DNA from: a bacterium
GTDB lineage: Bacteria > Bacteroidota > Ignavibacteria > UBA10030
Length of the DNA stretch: 64,000 bases
Direction of reading: 5' to 3'
NCBI GenBank assembly: GCA_043803945.1
Contig: JAZDJN010000038.1
Coordinates: 9,029-73,028 of the forward strand
In this document: piece by piece, positions 1 through 9,115 of the stretch
Numbering within the stretch: the first letter of the stretch is position 1
Layout of the letters: every line of letters begins with the position of its first letter
Translations under genes and position numbers: made by a program
The notes under the pieces: model-generated
What the model saw: the letters and a program-made list of their open reading frames with translations, nothing else
Database searches by the model: none
What the model was told of the DNA's origin: nothing

Positions 1-293
1 CCGCGGGCATCGCCAATCTGACAGAGGGACCATGCAGCAGCGATACGAACGTTTTCATCTTCGCTATATTTTAAGTACGAGAGAAGCGGCAGGACAGCAC
101 GGTCGGATCCGATGTTTCCGAGCATATATATTGCGCTTTTCTGCAAGCCTTTATTCCCTGACTCGAGTGCGGCAAAGAGGTTCTTTTCTACGACGGCTTT
201 TTTGGCGACTGGTACTTTGTCGAATGCAAAGGAAGTGGTCGTAACCAACAGGATCAGAAGGGTGACGACTGAGATAAACAGTTTCTTGCTCAT
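1..293 (-). CDS. Secreted HEAT/PBS-lyase-repeat protein, partial (runs off the left edge; absent from the ORF track)
   Basis: Manual translation from ATG at 293: MSKKLFISVVTLLILLVTTTSFAFDK...QKSAIYMLGNIGSDRAVLPLLSYLKYSEDENVRIAAAWSLCQIGDAR. This is a Sec-type signal followed by typical HEAT repeats, open to base 1. Confidence 0.8.
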   Translation of the reverse strand, partial: MSKKLFISVVTLLILLVTTTSFAFDKVPVAKKAVVEKNLFAALESGNKGLQKSAIYMLGNIGSDRAVLPLLSYLKYSEDENVRIAAAWSLCQIGDAR

Positions 294-434
294 ACGATTC
301 TCCGGCACAATGTGTGATTGAATTCCTGGATTTCTACTTGCTCTTACTCAGTGCAGGGAAAAAAGTTTGGGAGTTGAGATGAAATGCTTCTTTTCTGTGA
401 TGAGATGGTATCGGTTCATCACTGAGAATTCAAC

Positions 435-526
435 TGTCTCACTCGCGAACGCGAGTGCCCAGTGCCGTTCATAATGCAACTTCCTTTGTGTAAAGGCGCT
501 GGATTCCCACGTTTGTGGGAATGACA
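435..526. repeat. REP/REPIN-like paired palindromic element, family A
   Basis: TGTCTCACTCGCGAACGCGAGTGCCCAGTGCC ... GCGCTGGATTCCCACGTTTGTGGGAATGACA; a closely similar copy lies at 53362-53450. Confidence 0.75.
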
Positions 527-580
527 TTCCTGTTTCTATAGTGCCATGTGACGGGAGGGCGGATGAGGATGGATGTTGTG

Positions 581-992
581 TTAGAATCCCAGCGATTCAC
601 CCACGATAACAACAACAAGCCGGTGAGGGATAGAATTCGATTCGATGATTGTAATCTGGCTGCAGATGCGTTCTGGCTGATGGCAGTTCGCATCGTCGCA
701 GAATCCGGTGCGTGCGCATGGAGTCTCTTTTTGAAGCCGCACGCAGTTCTGGGGTGCGGCGACATTTTTTATTCTGCTGAGAGCTTCATCGAGCGTTGTA
801 ACGATTTTATTAATGCCGGCCAATAAGATGACTTTCTTTGGACCGTAGATTATATCTGCAACGCGATTCCCGGTTTATATCTGTCGAGCAGATGAATCTC
901 CATCGATCGGAGAGCTTCTAATAGTCCGGTTTGGCTTTTCGCTGTGCAATAATGGTTTGGGGGTGTAGAAGGATTTCCGGAAGCTGGTTCAT
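581..992 (-). pseudogene. LUD-domain (lactate utilization LutC/YkgG-like) pseudogene with internal deletions/frameshifts
   Basis: Fragments joined by two frameshifts: MNQLPEILL... after RBS AAAGGAGG; QTGLLEALRSMEIHLLDRYKPG; TGNRVADIIYGPKKVILLAGINKIV...PCARTGFCDDANCHQPERIC...GESLGF. Confidence 0.7.
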
Positions 993-1634
993 CGGTGCCT
1001 CCTTTGAGAGTGTGTAACAGTTAGGTGAATCAAGCCGCCCTGCCTGCAGCAGGCAGGCAAGACGCCAAGAAAGTCTATAAAATTTATTGGGGGATGAAAG
1101 AGGGACAGCAACAGAATTACGATATTCCATTACTTTTTCTATTTGGCGTGATGGATTCTCGCATATAGGATTGTCGATGTGGAATGTATTCAAGAATGAA
1201 CTTATGGAATCAGATGATCAAATAATACTGAATGATTCTATTGAGTGCAATACTATCGGCATTGGATAGGAGGAAGCCAGATAATCCGGATTTCTTAAAT
1301 CGTTAAAACGGTTGACTCATACTGACTTGTATTGAGAACAAAGTAAAAATGGAACACCCGCCTGCATCAGGCATGCAGATAACATAGGAAAAGTACCGAT
1401 AGTCACGGATAAAGCTCGTTGTATGGTTTTGTAGAATATTCTTTTCGATTTTAAACCATAGTCACCGTGACAATCTAGTTTCTTCAGTGTAATCAGTGTT
1501 CAATTTTTTATCGTTGAGTAGTCGCTTTAACTGTTTTTTAAAAAGTCCTTATTTGAGTAGATGCATTTGTCATCTAAAATTCTCATGTTCCAACAGGTAT
1601 CACACTTATCCATTTCTTAAAAGGTAACAGGCAC

Positions 1635-2879
1635 ATGGAACGAAGAGATTTTCTCCATTCAATTCCCTTATTGGGCGCAATGAGTCTGCCTGGCGTCACA
1701 ACGGCTAAACCATCCTCCGAACCAATACAGAAGGAAGAGGAGCGGGCACAGTGGGTGCGACTGCTTTCAAAGATTGCCGATCCTTTGCTTTCAGCTCTTT
1801 CTCAAGATATTTTGAAAGAGAAAATGCCTGTTGAAGCGCGCACACCAGAAATTGCCCGCGGTCGAAAGAATTATACTTACCTCGAAGGTTTCGGTAGACT
1901 TTTAAGCGGGATCGGACCATGGCTCATTCTACCGGGCGACTCTACTCTGGAGGGAAAAGTTCGCTCCCAATTTTTTGCTCTGACACAGGCGTCTCTTACT
2001 CATGCCGTGAATCCCGGATCAAAGGATATGATGAATTTTTCCGAAGGGCCGCAGCCGCTTGTCGATGCTGCCTTCCTTGCCCTCGGGCTTATCCGGGCTC
2101 CTCAACTTTGGAAGAGTCTGGATGAAAAGTCAAGGCAAAATCTTCTTCTTGCATTACGGCGAACAAGAACCATCAAACCTTACGCGAACAACTGGCTGCT
2201 TTTTAGCGGCATGATTGAAGCGTTCTTTCTGTCGGTGGGCGAAGAGTACGATAAGATGCGCCTCGACTATGCCATCCGTCAGCATGATCAATGGTATAAA
2301 GGCGATGGAATATTCGGCGACGGCCCCGAGTTCCATTGGGACTACTATAATAGTTACGTCATTCAGCCATTCCTCACGACGATTCTTCATCTTGCTGCGG
2401 CTCGTGATAAGAGTTATGCTGCGCTGGACGAAAAATATTCTCAGGTCGCACTCCGCTATGCAGAGATACTCGAGCGGTTAGTCGCGCCCGATGGCAGCTT
2501 TCCAGTTATTGGCCGGTCGATTGTGTATCGGTGTGGAGCGTATCACCATCTATCTCACCAAGTGCTCCTTGAAAAGCTGCCGAAACAGGTGACTCCTGCA
2601 CAGGTACGCGCTGCACTAGGCGCAGTGATTCATCGAACACTTGATGATGAGAAGAATTTCGATTCGCAAAATTGGCTCCGGCTCGGTTTATGCGCTCATC
2701 AGCCTGGACTTGCTGAGGAGTACATTTCGACGGGAAGCCTTTACCTCTGCGCGACCGCGTTTCTCCCGCTGGGCTTGCCGGCAACACATGAATTTTGGAG
2801 TTCACCATCAGTGGAGTGGACAGGGAAGAAGGTATGGGGTGGTGCAGATGTGCCTGCGGATAAGGCGCTGAAGATTTGA
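1635..2879 (+). CDS. DUF2264-family protein with Tat-like signal
   Basis: N-terminal ERRDFL; motifs LEGFGRLLSG, QPLVDAAFLA, NNWLLF, DYYNSYVIQP, GRSIVYR, YISTGSLYLC. Confidence 0.8.
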   Translation: MERRDFLHSIPLLGAMSLPGVTTAKPSSEPIQKEEERAQWVRLLSKIADPLLSALSQDILKEKMPVEARTPEIARGRKNYTYLEGFGRLLSGIGPWLILPGDSTLEGKVRSQFFALTQASLTHAVNPGSKDMMNFSEGPQPLVDAAFLALGLIRAPQLWKSLDEKSRQNLLLALRRTRTIKPYANNWLLFSGMIEAFFLSVGEEYDKMRLDYAIRQHDQWYKGDGIFGDGPEFHWDYYNSYVIQPFLTTILHLAAARDKSYAALDEKYSQVALRYAEILERLVAPDGSFPVIGRSIVYRCGAYHHLSHQVLLEKLPKQVTPAQVRAALGAVIHRTLDDEKNFDSQNWLRLGLCAHQPGLAEEYISTGSLYLCATAFLPLGLPATHEFWSSPSVEWTGKKVWGGADVPADKALKI

Positions 2880-2925
2880 GGACTATTTCCGATTCTACTT
2901 CCTCCTAGTATACTTCATCTATCAC

Positions 2926-3582
2926 TTATACCGCTTCTAATCTTAGCAGCCATTCGTGAAAGTGAGTGCATGCAGAGCGGATACGATAAATACCAATCCT
3001 CTGTGAGATGAGGCTACCATGCAATGGTTTCTGGTAGGTGGGAAACAATCCCCGAATTCTTGCGGAGGGGCATGTATGAGGATTGTCGTTGATATCTTCT
3101 GGTGAAGGAAATCCCTGACGGATACGCTGAAGAGCCAGACTATGTGATGGTGATGTTAATGACTGTGCAATTTCTTCTGGCACGGAGAAGAGCAACGCTT
3201 CAAATTCATGAAGAGAATAATATGGTGTAAACTTTGAATTGTTTATATCTGTTTGGATGGCTTGTTCAAGGTATTGGACTCTCGCGGTAGGTGTCGTACC
3301 TTGAAGTGATGATTTTCCTGGAAAGGAATCTGGAAGCGCATAATAATCAATAAATGTCGTTACGAGCGCTGCGCTCGTATCATTAAGGAGACGTTGAATT
3401 TGGAGTTTTACTCTATCGTAATGCGGTACACCTCCTCTGAACTGATTCCCTCTCTTAACCTTCTTTGTTGCAATAATTATTGGTACAGCATATCTATCAA
3501 ATTGCTCAAGGTCGGTATTTAAAACCTTCTTTACAAACATCTCTTCTGTCTGGCCTTCTACAAGAATGAGAATTTTTCTCAT
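2926..3582 (-). CDS. DUF4276-family (TOPRIM/RloB-like) protein
   Basis: ILVEGQTEE TOPRIM-like glutamate, TFIDYY, HEFEALLF, PEDIND and CTHFHEWL; abuts the upstream ATPase. Confidence 0.75.
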   Translation of the reverse strand: MRKILILVEGQTEEMFVKKVLNTDLEQFDRYAVPIIIATKKVKRGNQFRGGVPHYDRVKLQIQRLLNDTSAALVTTFIDYYALPDSFPGKSSLQGTTPTARVQYLEQAIQTDINNSKFTPYYSLHEFEALLFSVPEEIAQSLTSPSHSLALQRIRQGFPSPEDINDNPHTCPSARIRGLFPTYQKPLHGSLISQRIGIYRIRSACTHFHEWLLRLEAV

Positions 3583-4680
3583 TCAAGGCCTCCCACCAAA
3601 GATATTTTTCTCCCAGAGATCTCCGAGTCCAAATTCGTCTAACCAGTGTTCTATGTCGGCTTCACGGAGATGAGTAAATATGCTCTGCATTTCCTTTCTC
3701 TCGACGACATAGATCTGAGATGGTTCGAATTGATTCACCAGTGTTACCGATTGAGTGGCAACAAGAACCTGTGCTTGTTGCGAAGCCGCGCGTAAAAGAT
3801 CCGCCAGTATAGTGATAGCATAGGGATGGAGACCTAACTCTGGCTCATCGAGAAGTACCACGCTCGGTAGCACCGGTTGCATAAGAAGAGTAGCCAAACA
3901 AATGAAGCGGAGCGTACCATCAGATAAATTCGATGCGTTAAAGTGCCTATCGATTCCCTCCTCGCTCCATTCAAGCATTATTTTTTGATTATTTAGCGAT
4001 AAAGACTCAAGATGGAAAGCACGAAAGAATGGTGCAACCAGACGAATTGTATCCTCAATATTTCTATAATGTTGAAGATTGGTTTTCTTGAGTCGATAGA
4101 GGAATGCCGCTAAGTTTCGGGCATCGGGATGGAAAATACGATTATCCCCTATATCGCATGTCTGTTTCACTCTGGCACTTTCGCTCGTATCATGGAAATG
4201 ATACAATTTCCAACTCTTTAGATCGTTGATGACGTATCTTGCGATACGGCTGGATCTCCCTTCGGCATAATCAGGTAATATTGCCTCAGGATTACCAGAG
4301 CCTAAAAACTCACTATAAGGATGGGAATACCGTGATTTATCGTGAAATAATACACGCTCATCTGAAAAGATAAAGCGATCATCAACAGTTGGTGAAAGGA
4401 TAAATTCATAACCGTTTGTTTCTTCGGCGAATGCTAACTTCACTGAAAGATGATCAGATTTCTTGCGCCCATAATAGAGAATACTATCTGCACCTCCTTG
4501 CTCACCAGTGTACACCTGGAGATGCTTCTCAATAAGCTTATTCAAGAATTTGAAGAGGCCTATAAAATTCGATTTACCGGAACCGTTGGCGCCAATAAAA
4601 ACATTGAGAGCGTTCAAACGCAGATCCAGATTATGAATCGATTTGAAATTCTCAACCTGTATTCTATCGAGCTTTCTCAT
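3583..4680 (-). CDS. ABC/AAA_21-type ATPase (SMC/OLD-like)
   Basis: Walker A GANGSGKSN, signature LSDGT, Walker B/D-loop LLDEPELGLHP, VATQS. Start set at ATG 4680 (MRKLDRIQVENFKSI). Confidence 0.85.
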   Translation of the reverse strand: MRKLDRIQVENFKSIHNLDLRLNALNVFIGANGSGKSNFIGLFKFLNKLIEKHLQVYTGEQGGADSILYYGRKKSDHLSVKLAFAEETNGYEFILSPTVDDRFIFSDERVLFHDKSRYSHPYSEFLGSGNPEAILPDYAEGRSSRIARYVINDLKSWKLYHFHDTSESARVKQTCDIGDNRIFHPDARNLAAFLYRLKKTNLQHYRNIEDTIRLVAPFFRAFHLESLSLNNQKIMLEWSEEGIDRHFNASNLSDGTLRFICLATLLMQPVLPSVVLLDEPELGLHPYAITILADLLRAASQQAQVLVATQSVTLVNQFEPSQIYVVERKEMQSIFTHLREADIEHWLDEFGLGDLWEKNIFGGRP

Positions 4681-5164
4681 ACGATGGTAAGATAAGAAGA
4701 ACATTCCCCTTCTTCAAATTGGCAGCACAATATCTGTGAGCAGTTCTTTCCCTTTTTAATCGGCTCTACCTACCATTTTTTTATTGGTACTATGTGACAC
4801 CTTTCTGATTTCAATTCTTCTTCTTCGTGAAAAGATAATTCTCCGAAAAACAAAAACCCGCCTGACGTACGCTATTCTCTTGCCCCACGGAATTATTGTT
4901 GCTGTTGTTCCTCTCCTCTGTTCAGCAATGCTTGCTAAAGGTAGGATTAATGAGATGGAAAATCAAATGAACCGAAGAAGGGGCAGATGAAATGCATCTA
5001 ACCGTTTTCTTCACACGGATTTCAGTGAATAGATTGAGGTCGGGAGGGGACCTGCCAGCCGGCTTTAGAGTCGGCGTTTTGTCTTTGTGTTAATCAAGAA
5101 CAAACATTAATGGTCGGGAGCTGGAGTTCCCTCCCAGTTTTAGGGCGGATATGCTCTGGATGAT

Positions 5165-5260
5165 TTCCGCATTCAGCATTCCCCATTCCGGATTGAGCTG
5201 GCATCTTCTTTCTGCTTTCTTCATTCTTTCCATCTCCCATCTCCCTTCTTCCGTCTCTCC
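5165..5260. repeat. Degenerate 7-bp-period tandem repeats
   Basis: TTCCGCA TTCAGCA TTCCCCA TTCCGGA, then TTTCCAT CTCCCAT CTCCCTT CTTCCGT. Confidence 0.6.
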
Positions 5261-5284
5261 CTACCTGGTTCCTCCAAAAAGTTA

Positions 5285-5313
5285 TTGACATTCTATTTCC
5301 TCATCTCTATATT
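5285..5313 (+). promoter_or_regulatory. Sigma70-type promoter candidate upstream of the TonB receptor locus
   Basis: TTGACA (5285-5290), 17-bp spacer, TATATT (5308-5313). Confidence 0.55.
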
Positions 5314-5614
5314 GCTCCTACGGAAAGAAGAGGATAACGAGTGATGGGTGTTCCATAGCTTGTGATTCAGTGTTCAACCACTCTTCAGCCCTGACTACCG
5401 ATGAATTGTGATCCTTCGTGCCAGGCTGTGCCAAAAGTAGGCGAGCAATGGTGTGCATCCCGAAATCTCTTGCCTCATTCTTTCCACAAACAACAATTGA
5501 GCTTGCAACAATAATCGTATCAGTGTGTTTCACGTCGTTGTTCAAACATCGCGCTTGTTCTTATCTATCAAGCACTACGAGGTTGCTGAAAAACATATCA
5601 TCAATGAAGGATTG

Positions 5615-5710
5615 AACCGCCAAAGCGCCAAGGACACCAAGAAATCTTTTTAATTCTGATTGAAAAAACAATTTAAATATCACTTTGGCGCTCTTGGCGA
5701 CTTGGCGGTT
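5615..5710. repeat. Inverted-repeat element with ~9-bp internal period
   Basis: AACCGCCAAAGCGCCAAGGACACCAAG, AT-rich spacer, CTTTGGCGCTCTTGGCGACTTGGCGGTT. Confidence 0.7.
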
Positions 5711-5772
5711 TTCTTTTTCAGCACCCTGCTACGATAAGTTCTCCATCATATTTCATATCGACAGGATGATTT

Positions 5773-8700
5773 ATGAAGAACACTTTCCTTCCCTCCACCC
5801 TGCGTTTTCTAAAGCCGCTGAGCATCGCACTGGCACTCCTGCTTGCAGAACAACTGTTTGCGGGAAACGGTAAAATTACCGGACGCGTCATCGATAAAGA
5901 ATCTCGTGAGCCTCTCATCGGCGCGAATGTGGTGATCACTCACTCGATCCTTTCTGACGGCTCAGAGGTTCCTCTCGACCGGCCGCTCGGCGCCGTATGC
6001 GACCTTTCAGGATATTATTTTATTCTGAATGTACCTCCCGGCACCTACGCCGTTAGAGCAAGTATCATCGGTTACACCTCCATCACGCAAAAACCTGTCC
6101 GCGTCGATCAGGACAGGACAATCACCGCCGATTTTCTCCTCTCCTCATCCTCGGTGGAGCTCCAGCAGGTAGTTGTCACAGCACAGCGTGAAATGATCAA
6201 ACCCGATGTCGCCGGCACGCAAGAGGTAATCCTTACCTCACGCCTGGAGCAAATGCCGGTGACCCGGCTTGATGAATTTGTGAATCGTGTTAAGGGGATC
6301 GAGCTGGTGAGTGGTGCGGATGGCAACGGCCTCAGTGTTCGCGGCGGAGCAATCCGCGAAACAGATGTAAGGCTGGATGGGATATCGCTGCAGGATCCAC
6401 GCTCCGAAAATTCATACCTCGCATTGAACTCGACAACCATCGAAGAAATCCAGATCCTGACGGGCGGCTTTCAGGCAAAGTACGGAGGAGTCCGGTCTGG
6501 CTTGCTGAATGTGGTTACCAAGGATGGCCATCGAGACCGATACTCTGTTTCGGTGAAAGTTGATGTTGCTCCGGCGCAGAAGAAATTTTTCGGCACAAAT
6601 CCCTGGAGCGATGAATCATGGATTTATAAAGTTTATGCAGGCCCCTATGCATGGCGGGGAGTACCAACTGGAGATACCACAGTGCCTCTCGAGTTCCGTA
6701 ACTTCCGCGGCTGGGCAAATATTCTGACCCAAGACCGGAGGCTCGACTCGCTGAATAAATTGGAACTCTGGAAACGGCAGCATCCGCAATATGCTTTTGC
6801 GAACCGTCCCGATATTTTCTTCGAATCGAGTATCACCGGCCCATTACCCGGTGCTCTGATCCCGATCTTCGGTTCCTATGCAGAGCGCACAACATTCCTC
6901 TTTGGATTCAAATATGAAGATTCGCAACTCGCATTTCCACTCGGCCCGCGAAGTAACTATGTTGACTGGAACACTCAATTAAAATTGACCTCCACATTGA
7001 GTGATAATCTCCGCCTTTCTGTGAATGCGCTCTATGCCAACGTGGAAACTGTCAGCGGAGGCAGCACAACCAGCTATGGCGGGGCTCTTGTCGATGCTTC
7101 TTCGAGTTTCAATTTTCTCAACAGTACGGAATCGTCGGTACGGCAGCAGGCGCGGTTGCTTGCCGGCGATAATCTTTGGCAGATATTCAACAAGAGCCGT
7201 CTGCAATTTTATGACCAGCGCTATTTTGTCGGTGGAATAAAACTCACCCACACACTTTCTTCCAATGCTTTTTATACATTCGATGTGCAAGTAGGGTATA
7301 CCGATCAACGGCTCAATCCATTTTCTCTCGACACTTCACGAGCCGATTCATGGTTCACGCTTCCAGGGAGGACAGGAGGAGTGGTTCGATTCCTCAACGC
7401 TCCTGTCGGAGGCACACCAAATGCCTCGACGAATCCGGGCAGTGATGCACTCAGCATGTGGCGGCTCTACGGAGGATTGCAGAGAATCGATTCTTCATAC
7501 TCCCTGGTTACCCAGATAAAGGGTGATCTTACTGCGCAGTTCGGACGCCACCATCAGTTTGAAGCGGGATTCTCCGCTCGTCTGCAAAAATTATTCATCT
7601 ATACAGGTACTTGGCTCCAGGCACAAATGTCGTTTACTCCCGACCTCTGGCAGTACTTTACAGCAACACCGCTCGAGATTGGATTGTATGTCCAGGACAA
7701 ACTTGAGTTTGAAGGTATGATCCTTAACGCCGGTGTTCGTCTCGACTATTTGAATCCGTTGAAACAGGGGTATGATGTCGGTATTCCGCCGGATGAGGAC
7801 TACCGCAAACTGTATAATGATATTTATCAGAATCTCGGCGGTATCTGGGGAGGGTACGATCGCTGGCTCCTCTTCAGGGACTTGCTCGAAAATCCACCGG
7901 GCTGGCCGCGAACTGAAACCAGAGTACAGGCAAAAGTCTCTCCACGGCTCGGTGTCTCGTTCCCAATTACCGAGAGCAGCAAATTGTACTTCAACTATGG
8001 CCATTTCTACCAGCGCCCGGCAATTTCCTTTATGTATAATCAAACACTCGATTTGGCTGCGACAACACTTCCCACACCGAACCTTGAGATGGGAAGGACG
8101 GTTTCGTACGAATTTGGGTATGAACAGCTGTTCCTTGACGATTTTCTTTTCAATGTCACAGCGTACTACAAGGACATCCGCAATGAACCATTAAGCCGGC
8201 AGTACATCAATTATTTTCAAGATAATATCGTTCGGACATACGTTCCCGATGCCTACCGGGATATCAGAGGTATTGAATTGCGCCTCGAACGACCCATGGG
8301 AAGCTGGATCACCTTCAATGCGATGCTGGATTACATGCTCCAAAGTGCCGGACAAAACGGGCTCTCCCGTATTTATGAGAACAGGCTCGATGCAAAGGAT
8401 GAGCTGCGGTCGGCGAACCTCTCCACCACAGAGCCGCGGCCCCGCGCCAATATCAACCTGAATATCCACACACCGGGCGATCTCGGCCCGAGCATCGGCA
8501 CCGAACATCCGCTCGGCGGTATCTACTTCAACTTCTTCTTTGAATGGCGCGATGGAGCTCGTATGCTCTGGAATCCCGAAGAAGCCGATATGAAGAACCG
8601 GATCTATGTTGATGCCGTTGATTTCTGGAATCTCGACTTCCGCGGCTCGAAGAATTTCAATCTCGGACTTATGAACTTTGAAGTTGTGGTGACGATAAAA

Positions 8701-8913
8701 AATCTCACCAACAACAAATGGTTGATTCCCGAAAACATGCTCCGTTCACAATACGACGAGTACAAAGCCTCGCTGCGCCTGCCGCATCAGGGTGGCAGCG
8801 ATAAATGGGGTCAATGGGAGTCGGATGATGGCCATATTAAAACCGGCTGGTGGGATGCACCGATCTTCCTGAATCCCCGGCGCATTCTATTTGGTATCCG
8901 CATGAATTTATAG
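5773..8913 (+). CDS. TonB-dependent receptor with N-terminal carboxypeptidase-regulatory-like domain
   Basis: Signal peptide; GKITGRVIDKESREPLIGANV; plug motif LSVRGG...IEEIQILTGGFQAKYG..SGLLNVVTK; barrel motifs NAGVRLDY and SPRLGVSFPI; C-terminal PRRILFGIRMNL. Confidence 0.9.
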   Translation: MKNTFLPSTLRFLKPLSIALALLLAEQLFAGNGKITGRVIDKESREPLIGANVVITHSILSDGSEVPLDRPLGAVCDLSGYYFILNVPPGTYAVRASIIGYTSITQKPVRVDQDRTITADFLLSSSSVELQQVVVTAQREMIKPDVAGTQEVILTSRLEQMPVTRLDEFVNRVKGIELVSGADGNGLSVRGGAIRETDVRLDGISLQDPRSENSYLALNSTTIEEIQILTGGFQAKYGGVRSGLLNVVTKDGHRDRYSVSVKVDVAPAQKKFFGTNPWSDESWIYKVYAGPYAWRGVPTGDTTVPLEFRNFRGWANILTQDRRLDSLNKLELWKRQHPQYAFANRPDIFFESSITGPLPGALIPIFGSYAERTTFLFGFKYEDSQLAFPLGPRSNYVDWNTQLKLTSTLSDNLRLSVNALYANVETVSGGSTTSYGGALVDASSSFNFLNSTESSVRQQARLLAGDNLWQIFNKSRLQFYDQRYFVGGIKLTHTLSSNAFYTFDVQVGYTDQRLNPFSLDTSRADSWFTLPGRTGGVVRFLNAPVGGTPNASTNPGSDALSMWRLYGGLQRIDSSYSLVTQIKGDLTAQFGRHHQFEAGFSARLQKLFIYTGTWLQAQMSFTPDLWQYFTATPLEIGLYVQDKLEFEGMILNAGVRLDYLNPLKQGYDVGIPPDEDYRKLYNDIYQNLGGIWGGYDRWLLFRDLLENPPGWPRTETRVQAKVSPRLGVSFPITESSKLYFNYGHFYQRPAISFMYNQTLDLAATTLPTPNLEMGRTVSYEFGYEQLFLDDFLFNVTAYYKDIRNEPLSRQYINYFQDNIVRTYVPDAYRDIRGIELRLERPMGSWITFNAMLDYMLQSAGQNGLSRIYENRLDAKDELRSANLSTTEPRPRANINLNIHTPGDLGPSIGTEHPLGGIYFNFFFEWRDGARMLWNPEEADMKNRIYVDAVDFWNLDFRGSKNFNLGLMNFEVVVTIKNLTNNKWLIPENMLRSQYDEYKASLRLPHQGGSDKWGQWESDDGHIKTGWWDAPIFLNPRRILFGIRMNL

Positions 8914-8973
8914 AAGCTCGGACGAAAAGAGTAGCCACGACGATACAAAGGTGTGTAAAAAATGTGTGAGACA

Positions 8974-9034
8974 GACTCAACCCCCTATATCCCCCTTCTC
9001 TAAATTCTAGAGAAGGGGGTGTGGGGGATGAGTC
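8974..9034. repeat. Long imperfect palindrome (REP-like hairpin)
   Basis: GACTCAACCCCCTATATCCCCCTTCTCTA-aattc-TAGAGAAGGGGGTGTGGGGGATGAGTC; a related degenerate element lies at about 63845-63915. Confidence 0.7.
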
Positions 9035-9115
9035 AGAAATGAAGAATTACCAAATCTTTTTCCCTTGTCTGCCCGATAAAATGAATGAATTGATTCTCTT
9101 ACGATAGGAGTCTCT

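Noticed and set aside
918-1269. Short ORFs 918-1193 (-) and 1087-1269 (+)
   Set aside because: No motifs; they span AT-rich intergenic DNA and a small CCTGCCTGCAGCAGGCAGG palindrome. Only the part from 992 downward is treated as pseudogene.
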